The notes: generated from the letters alone by a model not told the origin. Positions 31,251 to 42,319 are shown, counted from the first letter of the stretch. The stretch is DNA of 64,000 bases from Spirochaetia bacterium (GCA_963677595.1 OY782041.1:2464001-2528000); one strand, 5' to 3'. Made by a program: numbers and translations.

Positions 31251-32524
31251 ACCGGCGGGCAGCGATCTGCATCATCGGTTCGGAGCTGGTACGGGGTATC
31301 ATCACCGATGCCCATGGCAAGCTGATCGCCTCTGACCTGACCCGGCTCGGGTATGATGTCACGGAGATCCTCATCGTCCCGGATGACGGGTCGATCCGCC
31401 CCCAGCTCGAGCGGCTGGTCCACTCCACGGACCTCATCATCACGACCGGGGGGCTGGGGCCTACCTCTGACGACATCACCAGGGACGTGATCGCTGAGGT
31501 CTTCAAGGTCGCCCTCGTTGTCGATGAGCCGGCGAAAGTACACCTGATCTCCCAGGTCGGGGAGCACCTCAACCGATCGAACATGCGACAGGTCCTGATC
31601 CCCGAGGGGTTCACCGTCCTGCCGAACGACCATGGGACCGCCCCGGGCTTCTGCAGGCCGGGATGTTTCTATGCCCTGCCGGGTCCTCCCCGCGAGATGG
31701 CCCCGATGTGGGCGCAGCAGGTCATGCCAGCCCTCCGTGCCGGGCTCGGCCTGGTGGGGGAGGAACAGCGGCTCGAGGTATCAGCCCTGCTGGTCCCTGA
31801 GTCCCTGCTTGAGGAGGCCTGCTCGAGGGCAGTCTCGGAGATCGCTGCTGAGGGCGGGATCTCGCTTGAGGCGATGCCCCGATGGGGGACCCGTGTCCAG
31901 CTCTACCGGATCAGCCTCTACCTCCAGGGGAGCACCGAGGAGTTGCGCTCTACCGTGCTCGAGCGGCTCAGGAGCCTGATCGGTGCATGCAGGCTCCCTG
32001 AGGGGGACGTGGAGGCAGTCTCCCAGCTCTCAGGCCTGCTGAAGGAGCGGGGCTTGACCATCGCTGCGGCTGAATCCTGCACCGGCGGGCTCACCGGGAG
32101 CCTGCTCACTGAGGCGCCGGGATCCTCGGCGTATTTCTGGGGATCCTTCGTCACCTATGACAACCGCGCGAAGATGCGGATGCTCTCAGTCCCGGCATCG
32201 ACCCTCGAGGAGTACGGGGCTGTCTCCTCACAGACTGCCGCCGCCATGGCCGAAGGGGCCCTGGAGGCTGCCGGGACCGATGCCTCCTTCAGCATCACCG
32301 GGATCGCCGGCCCTGAAGGGGGGAGTGACGGGAAACCGGTGGGTACCGTATGGTTCGGCTTCTCCTCCCCCGGTCGTCCAACGCAGACTGTCTCCTGCTG
32401 GTTCAAGCCCTATTCACGCGCTTCCGTTCGGAGGAGGGCCGCAGTTTGTGCGCTTTTATTGCTTGAACAGTATATTAAGGGGTATAAGCTTCTTGACATT
32501 GTAGGGCAGTGGCAATATATTTAA
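31247..32524 (+). CDS. cinA: CinA-like protein (MoCF domain + NMN deamidase PncC)
   Basis: TGGLGPTSDDIT, LPGPPREM, AESCTGG, GAVS and SITGIAGP.GG. Confidence 0.9.
   Translation: MNRRAAICIIGSELVRGIITDAHGKLIASDLTRLGYDVTEILIVPDDGSIRPQLERLVHSTDLIITTGGLGPTSDDITRDVIAEVFKVALVVDEPAKVHLISQVGEHLNRSNMRQVLIPEGFTVLPNDHGTAPGFCRPGCFYALPGPPREMAPMWAQQVMPALRAGLGLVGEEQRLEVSALLVPESLLEEACSRAVSEIAAEGGISLEAMPRWGTRVQLYRISLYLQGSTEELRSTVLERLRSLIGACRLPEGDVEAVSQLSGLLKERGLTIAAAESCTGGLTGSLLTEAPGSSAYFWGSFVTYDNRAKMRMLSVPASTLEEYGAVSSQTAAAMAEGALEAAGTDASFSITGIAGPEGGSDGKPVGTVWFGFSSPGRPTQTVSCWFKPYSRASVRRRAAVCALLLLEQYIKGYKLLDIVGQWQYI
32493..32521 (+). promoter_or_regulatory. Sigma70-type promoter of rho (within the cinA 3' end)
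   Basis: TTGACA-N17-TATATT. Confidence 0.6.
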
Positions 32525-32663
32525 TGTACTGAATGGGCATAACCCCATGTAAGTTCGATTTATCTTAAATGCCGCAAGAGCGGCGACGTAAATCATAGTA
32601 CATTCATCATCATTTTTTTACATAACACATACAAATTTTTATGTATTTGGAGAATTAATTTTC

Positions 32664-34592
32664 ATGTCATCAGATGTACAAGGTGCAGATGTGACTGGTG
32701 AGGTCGTTGTATCGACCCCAGAATCTGCGAACACGACTCCCCCTGCGGATCAGGGTTCCCCTGAGGCTGCAAAACCAGAAGAGACCCCAAAGAAACGATT
32801 AGTGACCAAGCGGAAGACGACGACCAGGAAGAAGGTGGTCGTCGATAAGGCCGAACCGGCAGCGGAACAGACCGATGCTGCAGCCGAAGAGCAGCCGAAG
32901 AAGCGAGTCACCCGGAAGAAGAGTGCAGCAGCATCATCAGCGGATGGTGCGGCCATAGAGGCTGAGAAGGAGACCAAGCCGAAACGCGGCAGGAAGCCTG
33001 CAGCCAGTAAGGCTGCCGCCGAGTCCCAGCCTGCTGAAGCCCCGGCTGCCAAGGAGCCTGCTGTGCAGGTGCAGGAGTCACCTGCAGAGCCGAGCCTCTT
33101 CGATGACCAGGAGAAGGTACCGCGTGCTCCCAGGAATGATGCCAAGCGCAAGAACCAGGGCGGCACCAACAAGAAATACCAGAAACAGCAGCACAGGAAC
33201 AATAATTCCAATTACCAGAAGCGACGGAACAGCAATGGAGCGCCGGCTCCCGTCGATACACAGCTTCCCGCGGGAAACCCGGAACTCTTCGACATCCCCA
33301 ACAGGATGGATGTCGCGGGAGTGAAGCTGAGCATCAATGAGCTGTCCAACCGGAGCGTACCCGCTCTGAGGGAGTTCGCCGAGGAGCAGGGCCTCCCCCT
33401 AGAGCCCCTGCTGGTGATGAAGAAACAGGAGATCATCTTCGAGATCCTCAAGATGCACACGAAGGGCGGGGGGATCATCGTAGCCTACGGCTCGCTGGAG
33501 ATCCTCCCCGACGGGTACGGCTTCCTCCGGTCACCCCAGAACAGTTACCTGCCGGGCCAGGATGATATCTATATATCACCGTCGCAGATCAGGCTGTTCA
33601 ACCTCAAGACCGGTGATACGGTCAATGGCCAGATACGGCCGCCGAAGGACGCTGAGCGGTTCTTCGCCATGCTGCGGGTAGAGACCGTCAACCATGACGA
33701 CCCGAGTGTCGCCCAGTCACGGGTCAACTTCGACAGCATGACACCGCTCTTCCCAGAAGAACGGCTGAACCTCGAGACCCGCAACGGCGATGTCTCCACC
33801 CGGATCATCAACCTCTTCAGCCCCATCGGTAAGGGCCAGCGAGGGTTGATCGTATCCCCGCCGAGAACCGGTAAGACGGTCCTCCTCCAGAAGATCGCCA
33901 ACGCGATCACCGAGAACCACCCCGAGGTGGAACTCATCGTCCTCCTGATCGATGAGCGACCCGAGGAGGTCACCGACATGAGACGGAGCGTCAAGGGAGA
34001 GGTCATCGCCTCGACCTTCGATGAGCAGGCAACCAGGCACGTATCGGTCGCCGAGATGGTGATCGAGAAGGCGAAGCGGCTCGTGGAGCATAAGCGTGAT
34101 GTCGTGATCCTTCTCGACTCGATCACCAGGCTCGCCCGTGCATACAACCAGACGGTCCCGACCTCCGGGAAGATCCTCTCCGGTGGTGTCGACTCCAATG
34201 CGCTCCATAAACCGAAACGGTTCTTCGGTGCAGCGAGGAACATCGAGTTCGGCGGGTCCCTGACCATCGTGGCTACCGCACTCGTCGAGACCGGGTCCAG
34301 GATGGATGAGGTCATCTTCGAGGAGTTCAAGGGAACCGGTAACAACGAGATCGTCCTGGACAGGAGGATGTCAGACCGAAGGCTCTACCCGGCTATCAAT
34401 GTGAAGAAGTCAGGGACGAGGAGGGAGGACCTCCTGCTCGCTGAGACCGAGATCAGTAAGATGTGGATCCTGAGGAATGCATTAAATCCTCTCGAAGATA
34501 TAGAAATGACCGAATTGCTTATTGACAAAATGAGAAAAACCAAGAACAATGAGGCATTCTTGCGATCAATGAACACCACCGATATGAAGTAG
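32664..34592 (+). CDS. rho: Transcription termination factor Rho with long disordered N-terminal extension
   Basis: [24 protein letters not shown] and [13 protein letters not shown]. Confidence 0.97.
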   Translation: MSSDVQGADVTGEVVVSTPESANTTPPADQGSPEAAKPEETPKKRLVTKRKTTTRKKVVVDKAEPAAEQTDAAAEEQPKKRVTRKKSAAASSADGAAIEAEKETKPKRGRKPAASKAAAESQPAEAPAAKEPAVQVQESPAEPSLFDDQEKVPRAPRNDAKRKNQGGTNKKYQKQQHRNNNSNYQKRRNSNGAPAPVDTQLPAGNPELFDIPNRMDVAGVKLSINELSNRSVPALREFAEEQGLPLEPLLVMKKQEIIFEILKMHTKGGGIIVAYGSLEILPDGYGFLRSPQNSYLPGQDDIYISPSQIRLFNLKTGDTVNGQIRPPKDAERFFAMLRVETVNHDDPSVAQSRVNFDSMTPLFPEERLNLETRNGDVSTRIINLFSPIGKGQRGLIVSPPRTGKTVLLQKIANAITENHPEVELIVLLIDERPEEVTDMRRSVKGEVIASTFDEQATRHVSVAEMVIEKAKRLVEHKRDVVILLDSITRLARAYNQTVPTSGKILSGGVDSNALHKPKRFFGAARNIEFGGSLTIVATALVETGSRMDEVIFEEFKGTGNNEIVLDRRMSDRRLYPAINVKKSGTRREDLLLAETEISKMWILRNALNPLEDIEMTELLIDKMRKTKNNEAFLRSMNTTDMK

Positions 34593-34795
34593 GTGGTCTC
34601 GACCCGGCAGGTGTGGCCGTGAACACGGTCATGACTTGCCTAAAAGAGGTCGATTGATTATATTTCCCGTATCAGGGAGTATGGTCAGGTTCAGGTCGTC
34701 TATTTTTTTCTGAAGAGGACGGTGTGACCCTCTTCTTTGAATAGATACCTGGTCTTCTGTACGTTAGCAGAGGACTTCATATAGTGGAGGATAAC

Positions 34796-34999
<204 letters not shown>

Positions 35000-35022
35000 C
35001 CATACGGACAGGCGCTAAGATC

Positions 35023-35058
35023 AGGGACACTCTTTTTTAAGGGTGTTCCTTTTTTTTT
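35023..35058 (+). terminator. Intrinsic terminator after rpmE
   Basis: AGGGACACTCTT/AAGGGTGTTCCT stem followed by a T-run. Confidence 0.82.
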
Positions 35059-35226
35059 ACGGAGTCCATCACCCCTCGAACCTTGGGAGACTGATGAGAA
35101 GTTTTCCTCTCACACCCCGATTATTGGATGATACTATAGTGCAAACTCAGTCATGTATGGAAATGTGAATCAGATTTTAATTGCATAAACAAAGTAATTA
35201 CCATACAATTGATTAAGGGAGCATAC

Positions 35227-36369
35227 ATGGCGAGCATTCACGAGCTTCACAGCCGGGAGTATGGTGAGGCGCCCGAGGTTGCCGTATCGGTACCGGGGGT
35301 CATCACGCTAATGGGGGAATATTCTGATCTGTGTGACGGATATGCCCTGACCGGAGCTGTGGACTGTACAACTCAGATAGCGATATCTCGTAGGACGGAT
35401 AATTCTCTGCGTTTCTATTCAGCAGAACTGAATGAACGGAAGAGGACCACCATCCCCAACCTGAAGTACCGCAGGGAGGATCGCTGGGCGAACTACATCA
35501 AGGGAGTGCTCTATGAGACCTACCGCAGGAACTTCATCTTCAAGGGCCTGAACATCACGGTCAAGTCGAACATCCCGCAGCGGGTAGGCTTGCGGGCCTC
35601 CACGGCAGTCTGTACCTCGGCAGCCCTGGCCCTGAAAGAGCTCTTCAACTTCGATGTCGATGACAACCAGCTCATCCAGGCGATCTACTTCGCCGAGACC
35701 TCCTTCCTCCAGTCGAAGTCACGGCTGGTGGACATCATGACCATGCTGAATGCGAGGGAGGGGTCGGTGATGCTCTTCGACCTCCACTCCTTCGAGTTCT
35801 CCTATATCCCCATCGATATGGGGGCTGACCAGTTCCTCATCACGGAGAGTAACGTCCCTCCCTTCCCGGTACGGGATGAGATCGTCTACCGGGAGGAGCA
35901 GTGCCAGGAAGGACTCTCTGTGATGCGCTCCAAACTCCAGGGAGGCCTGATCAGGGAGTACTCGCTCGGTGCGATCAACGGTGCAGCCGCACCGCTTCCT
36001 GAGGAGCAGAAACGGTTCTGCGTCTATGTGCTCGAGGAGAGTTATCGGGTACAGGAGGCAGCCCATGCCCTTGAACAAAAAGACTCCCCGTCGTATGGTA
36101 GGTTCATGAACAGGTCACAGACCGGGCTGAGGGATCAGTTCGAGGTCTCCTGTCCGGAGATCGACTGGCTGACCAAGCGTGCGACAGAGATCAGCGGCTG
36201 TTTCGGGGCGAACATGATCGGCCCGGGCTTCGGGGGGAGCACCCTGTCCCTGATGACTCCTGCCGCACGGGAAGAATACATGCATCGATTAGAGGAGTAT
36301 GAGCACATTTTCGGATTTCATCCTGAATTGATCGAGTATCATCCGATGGGGAAAGCCCGCATAATGTGA
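35227..36369 (+). CDS. Galactokinase-like GHMP kinase (divergent)
   Basis: WANYIKGV, SQTGLRDQFEVSCPEID and GPGFGG. Catalytic and ATP motifs are altered. Confidence 0.75.
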   Translation: MASIHELHSREYGEAPEVAVSVPGVITLMGEYSDLCDGYALTGAVDCTTQIAISRRTDNSLRFYSAELNERKRTTIPNLKYRREDRWANYIKGVLYETYRRNFIFKGLNITVKSNIPQRVGLRASTAVCTSAALALKELFNFDVDDNQLIQAIYFAETSFLQSKSRLVDIMTMLNAREGSVMLFDLHSFEFSYIPIDMGADQFLITESNVPPFPVRDEIVYREEQCQEGLSVMRSKLQGGLIREYSLGAINGAAAPLPEEQKRFCVYVLEESYRVQEAAHALEQKDSPSYGRFMNRSQTGLRDQFEVSCPEIDWLTKRATEISGCFGANMIGPGFGGSTLSLMTPAAREEYMHRLEEYEHIFGFHPELIEYHPMGKARIM

Positions 36370-36383
36370 CCAGCAGGATCACC

Positions 36384-37142
36384 ATGAGAATTCTCATAAC
36401 CAATGACGACGGAATCCACAGTGAAGGCCTGCACAGCCTGAGAGAGACGCTTCTGCAGGCCGGCCATGAGGTATGGGTATGTGCCCCCGACACGGAGCGG
36501 AGCGCCCATTCCCACGCGATCACCCTGAAGGTCCCGGTGAAGTTCCACGAGATCGAACCGCGGGTATACAGCTGCAGCGGGACACCGGCAGACTGCATCT
36601 TCTACGGGCTCAAGGGAGCCTTGCCCATGGTCCCCGATGTCGTCGTCTCAGGGATCAACAAGGGATACAATGTCGGGACCGATATCATCTATTCCGGGAC
36701 GGTCGGAGCCGCACGGGAGGCTGTCCTCCACAAGATCCCCGCGATCGCCATCTCCGCCGAGGGCTTCGAGCCTCCCCATCCGTTCGCACAGGCAGCCCGG
36801 TTCCTCGCTGACCATATCGAGGGGTTCCTTCCGCTCTGGACGGATGATATCGTCATAAACATCAACGTCCCCTTCGAGCCGGACGGCAGCTGGCAGGCGG
36901 CGACCCCGCAGCAGCGGGACTACGATGACCGGATCCAGCCCTTCCAGGTTCGGGAGAACGAGATCTTCTATTTCCTCAAGGGAGGGAACTCCACGACGGG
37001 GAAGATACAGCTCGATCCCGGCTCCGATATGGATTTTCTCAAGAAAAATGTCATTACCGTCACCCCTCTTTATATCCATCCGACCGCTGATTCGATACAA
37101 TACGAAGCATTCAAGGAGCTGGCGAGGAACGGGGGACGATGA
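36384..37142 (+). CDS. surE: 5'/3'-nucleotidase SurE
   Basis: ILITNDDGI, GTPADC, SGINKG.N and YSGTVGAA. Confidence 0.95.
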   Translation: MRILITNDDGIHSEGLHSLRETLLQAGHEVWVCAPDTERSAHSHAITLKVPVKFHEIEPRVYSCSGTPADCIFYGLKGALPMVPDVVVSGINKGYNVGTDIIYSGTVGAAREAVLHKIPAIAISAEGFEPPHPFAQAARFLADHIEGFLPLWTDDIVININVPFEPDGSWQAATPQQRDYDDRIQPFQVRENEIFYFLKGGNSTTGKIQLDPGSDMDFLKKNVITVTPLYIHPTADSIQYEAFKELARNGGR

Positions 37143-37510
37143 TACGACCGGTACAGTGGTACAGGAACATGAAGCAGGAACGGACTCAGAAGTGGGATAG
37201 CCACTGCAGTCGGTGCGGACTCTGCTGCCATGAGAAGACCATCATTGGCAAAGAGGTCGTCTATGACCTCGACCAGTGGTGCGAACACTTCGACCCCGTC
37301 ACGCGAACCTGCCGGGTCTATGCGAAACGGCTCACCGAGCATGTGAGATGCAGGCCGGTGACCGTATTCCGTGCGATGTTCGCGACCTATCTCCCCCCCG
37401 AATGCGGGTATGTCCGATGGGCAGAACAGCATCATCTCCGTTTGGCCCCCTACCGCCGGATCCATTATGTCCGTGACGGTGAAGAAGACACAGCAGCCCT
37501 TCTCTCCTGA
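37139..37510 (+). CDS. YkgJ/YcgN-like cysteine cluster (CxxCxxCC) protein
   Basis: CSRCGLCC, C.HFD...TC.VY..R and LPPECGY. Confidence 0.75.
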   Translation: MIRPVQWYRNMKQERTQKWDSHCSRCGLCCHEKTIIGKEVVYDLDQWCEHFDPVTRTCRVYAKRLTEHVRCRPVTVFRAMFATYLPPECGYVRWAEQHHLRLAPYRRIHYVRDGEEDTAALLS

Positions 37511-37639
37511 CAATATCATCACAGAACTTGACGGTGCATCATACAATCAGTATGTTATTACCACATATGGAGTATCGAGAGATGTTCCATACCTCCGGAC
37601 AGGGGTACTGTCCGGACACGAGAGGAAAGAAAAGGGATT

Positions 37640-38800
37640 ATGGATAACAGAATAGTCTATCTTGATAATAACGCGACGACTCCCGTCGCACCCGAGGTCA
37701 AGGATATCATCCTTGAGACCCTCGATATCTTCGGCAATGCCTCGAGCATGCACGGCCCGGGAAGGCTCGCCCATGCTGCTGTGGCGCAGTCGAGGCAGCA
37801 TGTGTCAGACCTGATCGGGGCTGATGCAGACGAGATCATCTTCACCGGGGGCGGTTCGGAATCGAACAATACCGTCCTGAACCTCGTGTTCTCCGACATA
37901 TTCGGGAACACGGGCAGGAACAGGATCGTCACCACGAAGATCGAGCACCCGAGCATCTTCGAGACGGTACAGACGCTCGAGGCGAAAGGGGCCGCGATCA
38001 CCCTCATCGGTGTCGATGGGGGCGGGAACCTCGATTTCGAGGCACTTGAGGCTGCCATGGGCGACGATGTGGCGATCGTCTCCGTCATGATGGCCAACAA
38101 CGAGATCGGGACGATCCTCGATGTGAAGCGGGCTGCGAAGATCGCACATGCGTGCGGGGCACTCTTCCACACCGATGCGGTCCAGGCGGTCGGGAAGATC
38201 CCGATCGACGTGAAGGAGCTGGAAGTGGACTTCCTGAGCCTCTCGGGCCATAAGCTCTATGCCCCGAAGGGGATCGGAGCCCTCTACATCAAGAAGGGGA
38301 TCCCCTTCTGCCCCCTCATCCATGGCGGGCACCAGGAACACGGGAGAAGGGCAGGGACCTACAACAACACCGGCATCATCGCTCTCGGCCGGGCTGCTGC
38401 GCTGGCGCAGGAGCAGATGACCGGGGAGATCGACCGGGAGCGGGTCCTTCGTGACAGGCTCAAGGAGGGACTGCTTGCCGCGGTCCCGAACATCACGGTG
38501 AACGGGGACCAGGAACACATCCTCCCCGGGACGCTCAATGTCTCCTTCCCCGGTGCGGAGGGGGAGTCGATCCTCCTCTACCTCGACCTCGAGGGGATCG
38601 CGGTATCCACCGGGTCGGCCTGTGCGACCGGTTCCCTGGAACCCTCCTACGTCCTCATGGAGCTCGGGCTGGGGCCGGAACTCGCCCACAGCTCCATACG
38701 GTTCAGCATTGGTGCCTACAATACCGAGGCTGATGTCGCTTACGTCCTGGAGAAGCTGCCTCCAATCATCAAGAAGATCAGGGAGATGTCAACGTTATGA
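37640..38800 (+). CDS. nifS: Cysteine desulfurase (NifS/IscS)
   Basis: YLDNNATT, HTDAVQ, SGHKLYAPKG and STGSAC. Confidence 0.93.
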   Translation: MDNRIVYLDNNATTPVAPEVKDIILETLDIFGNASSMHGPGRLAHAAVAQSRQHVSDLIGADADEIIFTGGGSESNNTVLNLVFSDIFGNTGRNRIVTTKIEHPSIFETVQTLEAKGAAITLIGVDGGGNLDFEALEAAMGDDVAIVSVMMANNEIGTILDVKRAAKIAHACGALFHTDAVQAVGKIPIDVKELEVDFLSLSGHKLYAPKGIGALYIKKGIPFCPLIHGGHQEHGRRAGTYNNTGIIALGRAAALAQEQMTGEIDRERVLRDRLKEGLLAAVPNITVNGDQEHILPGTLNVSFPGAEGESILLYLDLEGIAVSTGSACATGSLEPSYVLMELGLGPELAHSSIRFSIGAYNTEADVAYVLEKLPPIIKKIREMSTL

Positions 38801-39399
38801 GTTTTATGAACGAATGGGTCTATACCGATACCGTGAAGGATCATTTCATGAATCCGAAGAATGTGCTGAACGATCCCGACTACAAGGAAGACGGGAAGGG
38901 CATGGTCGGCTCCATGGCGTGCGGGGACCAGATGCTCGTCGTCATCAAGGTCGCCGATGACGTGATCACCGACCTGAAGTGGAAGACCTACGGATGTGCC
39001 TCCGCGATCGCGAGCACCTCCATGATGTCCGAGATGGCCCTCGGCATGACCCTCGATGCGGCCTACCACCTGACGCCGGAGATGATCACCGACAAGCTTG
39101 GCGGGCTGCCGAACCATAAGTTCCACTGTTCGGTGCTCGGGGACAAGGCACTCCGTGCAGCCATCGATGACTACCTTGAGCGGCAGGGAAGGGAGAACCC
39201 CTTCAAGAAGAGCGTCGCCAGGATCATCTGTGAATGCAAGGGGGTGACCGACCAGCAGATCGAGGCCCTCGTGAAGGACGACACCTCACTGACCTTCGAA
39301 CAGCTTCAGGAGAAGACCGGCCTCGGGACCGTCTGCGGGAAGTGCCAGTCCAAGGCAAAGGACCTGCTCGATGAGCTGGTCCATATCTACAGCCATTAG
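38797..39399 (+). CDS. nifU: Fe-S scaffold NifU-like (IscU domain + BFD-like [2Fe-2S] domain)
   Basis: ACGD, YGCASAIAS, FHCS, and C-terminal CEC...CGKC. Confidence 0.9.
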   Translation: MSFMNEWVYTDTVKDHFMNPKNVLNDPDYKEDGKGMVGSMACGDQMLVVIKVADDVITDLKWKTYGCASAIASTSMMSEMALGMTLDAAYHLTPEMITDKLGGLPNHKFHCSVLGDKALRAAIDDYLERQGRENPFKKSVARIICECKGVTDQQIEALVKDDTSLTFEQLQEKTGLGTVCGKCQSKAKDLLDELVHIYSH

Positions 39400-39520
39400 G
39401 CCGTGAGCCCTTGGGAAGCGGCCGGCCGATCATTGCACCGAAGGTTCATCATCGTACTAGTGCATATGGCCGGCCGTTCTGGTATACTAAGGATAGACAG
39501 GAGGAGGGGAGAGATAGGAT

Positions 39521-39826
39521 ATGTCCGGGAAATATGAGATCAAGACCATCATCGAACAGGACGTGGAGATCGTTGAGCCCTCCCTGTACCATGTGGTCCT
39601 GCTCAATGATGATTATACCACGATGGAGTTCGTCGTCACCGTCATCACCGATGTCTTCCATGTGAGTGCCGCCGATGCGTCACGGATCATGATGGAGGTC
39701 CATACGAAGGGCCGCGGTGTTGCCGGTACCTACATCCGTGATATTGCCCAGACGAAAGCCAATACCGTCATGCATATGGCATTCAAGAGGAACTTCCCTC
39801 TTAAATGTATCCTTGAAGAGGCATAG
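39521..39826 (+). CDS. clpS: Clp protease adaptor ClpS
   Basis: VVLLNDDYTTMEFVV, VH..G.G.AG and FPL.C..E. Confidence 0.95.
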   Translation: MSGKYEIKTIIEQDVEIVEPSLYHVVLLNDDYTTMEFVVTVITDVFHVSAADASRIMMEVHTKGRGVAGTYIRDIAQTKANTVMHMAFKRNFPLKCILEEA

Positions 39827-39850
39827 CGCCGACTCGATGGGGAGTCCGAG

Positions 39851-42319
39851 ATGAAAGTATCAGAGATCGTACAGGAAGCATTGGGAACCGCCTATCTGAC
39901 AGCCAGGGAACACAGACACGAATACATCACCCCGGAGCATATGCTCTATGCGATGCTCTTCTACGAGGAGACGAGATTCATCCTCAGGGAGAGCGGCGTA
40001 GAGCTCAACCGCCTCAAGGAGAACCTCGAGGAGTATTTCGAGAAGCGGATCCCCGTCCTCGAGGTGGGCCGTGAGCGGGAACCCGAGCAGACCATGGGCT
40101 TCCAGGATATCATCGAACAGGCAGTTGCCCATACCGACTCGGCTGAGAAGGAGATGCTCGAACTCTCCGACCTCCTCGTCGCGATCTTCGATGAGCCGGA
40201 GACCTACGGCAACTACTACCTCGTCAAGAACGGGCTCACCCGGTACAACCTCACCGAGGTCATCAGCCACAAGCTGCCCTCCTTCCTGAAGCGGCAGGAG
40301 CATAAGAAACAGGAACAGTCCTCCCTCCATACCGGGGACGAAGGACAGTTGGCCGAAGGCGATACCGCAGAGACCCCTGCGGATACCAGTGCTCTCGGCC
40401 TCTATACCCGGAACCTCACGAAGGCTGCGGAGCGCGAGGAGCTCGATCCCCTGATCGGCCGTGAGCAGATCCTTGACCGGACGCTGCAGGTGCTCTGCCG
40501 GAGGGTCAAGAACAACCCGATCCTCGTCGGTGATCCCGGGGTGGGGAAGACTGCGATGGCCTCAGGTGTTGCCTTGAGGATCGTGGAGGGTACGGTACCC
40601 GGGAGACTGAAGCATGCTGAGATCTACGAGCTCGATATGGGAGCCCTCCTTGCCGGGACGAAATACCGCGGTGATTTCGAGGAACGGCTGAAGGCGATCA
40701 TCGATGAGCTCAAGGAGCGGCAGGCGATCCTCTTCATCGACGAGATCCACACGATCATCGGTGCCGGTTCGGTCTCGGGAGGCTCCGTGGACGGGGCTAA
40801 CCTCCTGAAGCCAGCATTGGCAGACGGCTCGATCAAGTGCATCGGCTCCACGACGGAGGACGAGTTCAAGAAGATCTTCAGCAAGGATGGGGCCCTCTCG
40901 AGGAGGTTCCAGAAGGTCGAGATACCGGAGACCACCCAGGAAGAGACCTTGAGGATCCTCAAGGGGCTGAGAAGCCGTTTCGAGAGTTACCATAATGTCC
41001 GTTATACCGAATCGGCACTGAAGGCAGCCGTGGAGCTCTCCGGGAAGTTCATCAACGACCGGGCGCTCCCCGACAAGGCCATCGACGTGATCGATGAGGC
41101 AGGGGCAGCCATGCAGCTGAAGGTCGCCGCCTCGAGGAGACCCGAGGAACCCGAGCAGACACCCCTGGCACGGAATGTGATCTACCTTGACGAGATGGGG
41201 GTAGGGCATACCGATGAGGATATCGAGGAAGAAGTCGTCATCGAGGATATCAGGCGGATCGATGTCCGTTATATCGAGAAGATCGTGGCTAATATAGCGA
41301 GGGTCCCGGTGAAGAGCGTCAGCCGCTCGGAGATCGACCGCCTCAAGCTCCTCGAGCCGGAACTGAAATCCCGTATCTTCGGCCAGGATTCAGCGGTCGA
41401 GAGCGTGGTTGGCGCGATCAAGCGGTCGAGGGCCGGCTTCACCAAGGAGACGAAACCCGTCGCCTCCTTCCTCTTCGTCGGGCCGACCGGCGTCGGGAAG
41501 ACCGAACTGTGTGTCCAGCTCTCAGACATCCTGGGCATCCCGCTGCTCCGCTTCGATATGAGCGAGTACCAGGAGAAGCATACCGTGAGCAGGCTCGTCG
41601 GTTCGCCTCCCGGGTATATCGGGTACGATGAGGGCGGGCTCCTTACCGATGCGATCCGCAGGCAGCCCCATGCCGTGCTCTTGCTCGACGAGATCGAGAA
41701 GGCCCATGCCGATATCTACAACATCCTGCTGCAGATCCTCGACTATGCGACCCTGACCGACACGATGGGCAGGAAGGCCGATTTCCGGAACGTGATCATC
41801 ATCATGACGAGTAATGCCGGTGCGAGAGACCTGGGGAAGCGGATGATCGGGTTCGTCGACAACCGGATCGACAACTCCTCGGTGGATACCGCCTTGGAGA
41901 AGATCTTCTCCCCCGAGTTCAGGAACCGGCTGGACAAGATCGTGAGCTTCAAGCGTCTCGGCCACGAGGAGATCCTCTCCATCGTCGATAACGAGATCAG
42001 GGAGTTCGCAGCCCAGCTGAAGCGGAAACGGGTGACCATCGAGGTGACCCCGGCTGCACGGGAGTGGTTCGTCGCACTGGGGTACTCCCATGAGTTCGGT
42101 GCCAGGAACATCGCTCGGGTCATCCAGGACCGGCTGAAGGACTACTTCGTCGACAACATCCTTTTCGGGGACCTCAAGCAGGGCGGGCTGATCACCGTCG
42201 ATGTCAAGGGGAAGGATGCCCGGCAGGCAGGTGAACGGAACCTCATCCCACGGGTCCAGACCGAACCGGAAGGGTTCGAGCTGGTCTTCCGTTCACAAGA
42301 GTCCGTGACCAATCCCTGA
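39851..42319 (+). CDS. clpA: ATP-dependent Clp protease ATPase ClpA
   Basis: N-domain plus two AAA+ modules (GDPGVGKT, GPTGVGKT). Lies between clpS and aat. Confidence 0.93.
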   Translation: MKVSEIVQEALGTAYLTAREHRHEYITPEHMLYAMLFYEETRFILRESGVELNRLKENLEEYFEKRIPVLEVGREREPEQTMGFQDIIEQAVAHTDSAEKEMLELSDLLVAIFDEPETYGNYYLVKNGLTRYNLTEVISHKLPSFLKRQEHKKQEQSSLHTGDEGQLAEGDTAETPADTSALGLYTRNLTKAAEREELDPLIGREQILDRTLQVLCRRVKNNPILVGDPGVGKTAMASGVALRIVEGTVPGRLKHAEIYELDMGALLAGTKYRGDFEERLKAIIDELKERQAILFIDEIHTIIGAGSVSGGSVDGANLLKPALADGSIKCIGSTTEDEFKKIFSKDGALSRRFQKVEIPETTQEETLRILKGLRSRFESYHNVRYTESALKAAVELSGKFINDRALPDKAIDVIDEAGAAMQLKVAASRRPEEPEQTPLARNVIYLDEMGVGHTDEDIEEEVVIEDIRRIDVRYIEKIVANIARVPVKSVSRSEIDRLKLLEPELKSRIFGQDSAVESVVGAIKRSRAGFTKETKPVASFLFVGPTGVGKTELCVQLSDILGIPLLRFDMSEYQEKHTVSRLVGSPPGYIGYDEGGLLTDAIRRQPHAVLLLDEIEKAHADIYNILLQILDYATLTDTMGRKADFRNVIIIMTSNAGARDLGKRMIGFVDNRIDNSSVDTALEKIFSPEFRNRLDKIVSFKRLGHEEILSIVDNEIREFAAQLKRKRVTIEVTPAAREWFVALGYSHEFGARNIARVIQDRLKDYFVDNILFGDLKQGGLITVDVKGKDARQAGERNLIPRVQTEPEGFELVFRSQESVTNP

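Noticed and set aside
34598-34652. Long hairpin after rho considered as an ncRNA or L31 leader
   Set aside because: Position directly after the stop codon fits a 3'-end structure. No family motif was recognised.
35085-35115. CTGATGAG hammerhead-like core
   Set aside because: No matching GAAA strand or flanking stems.
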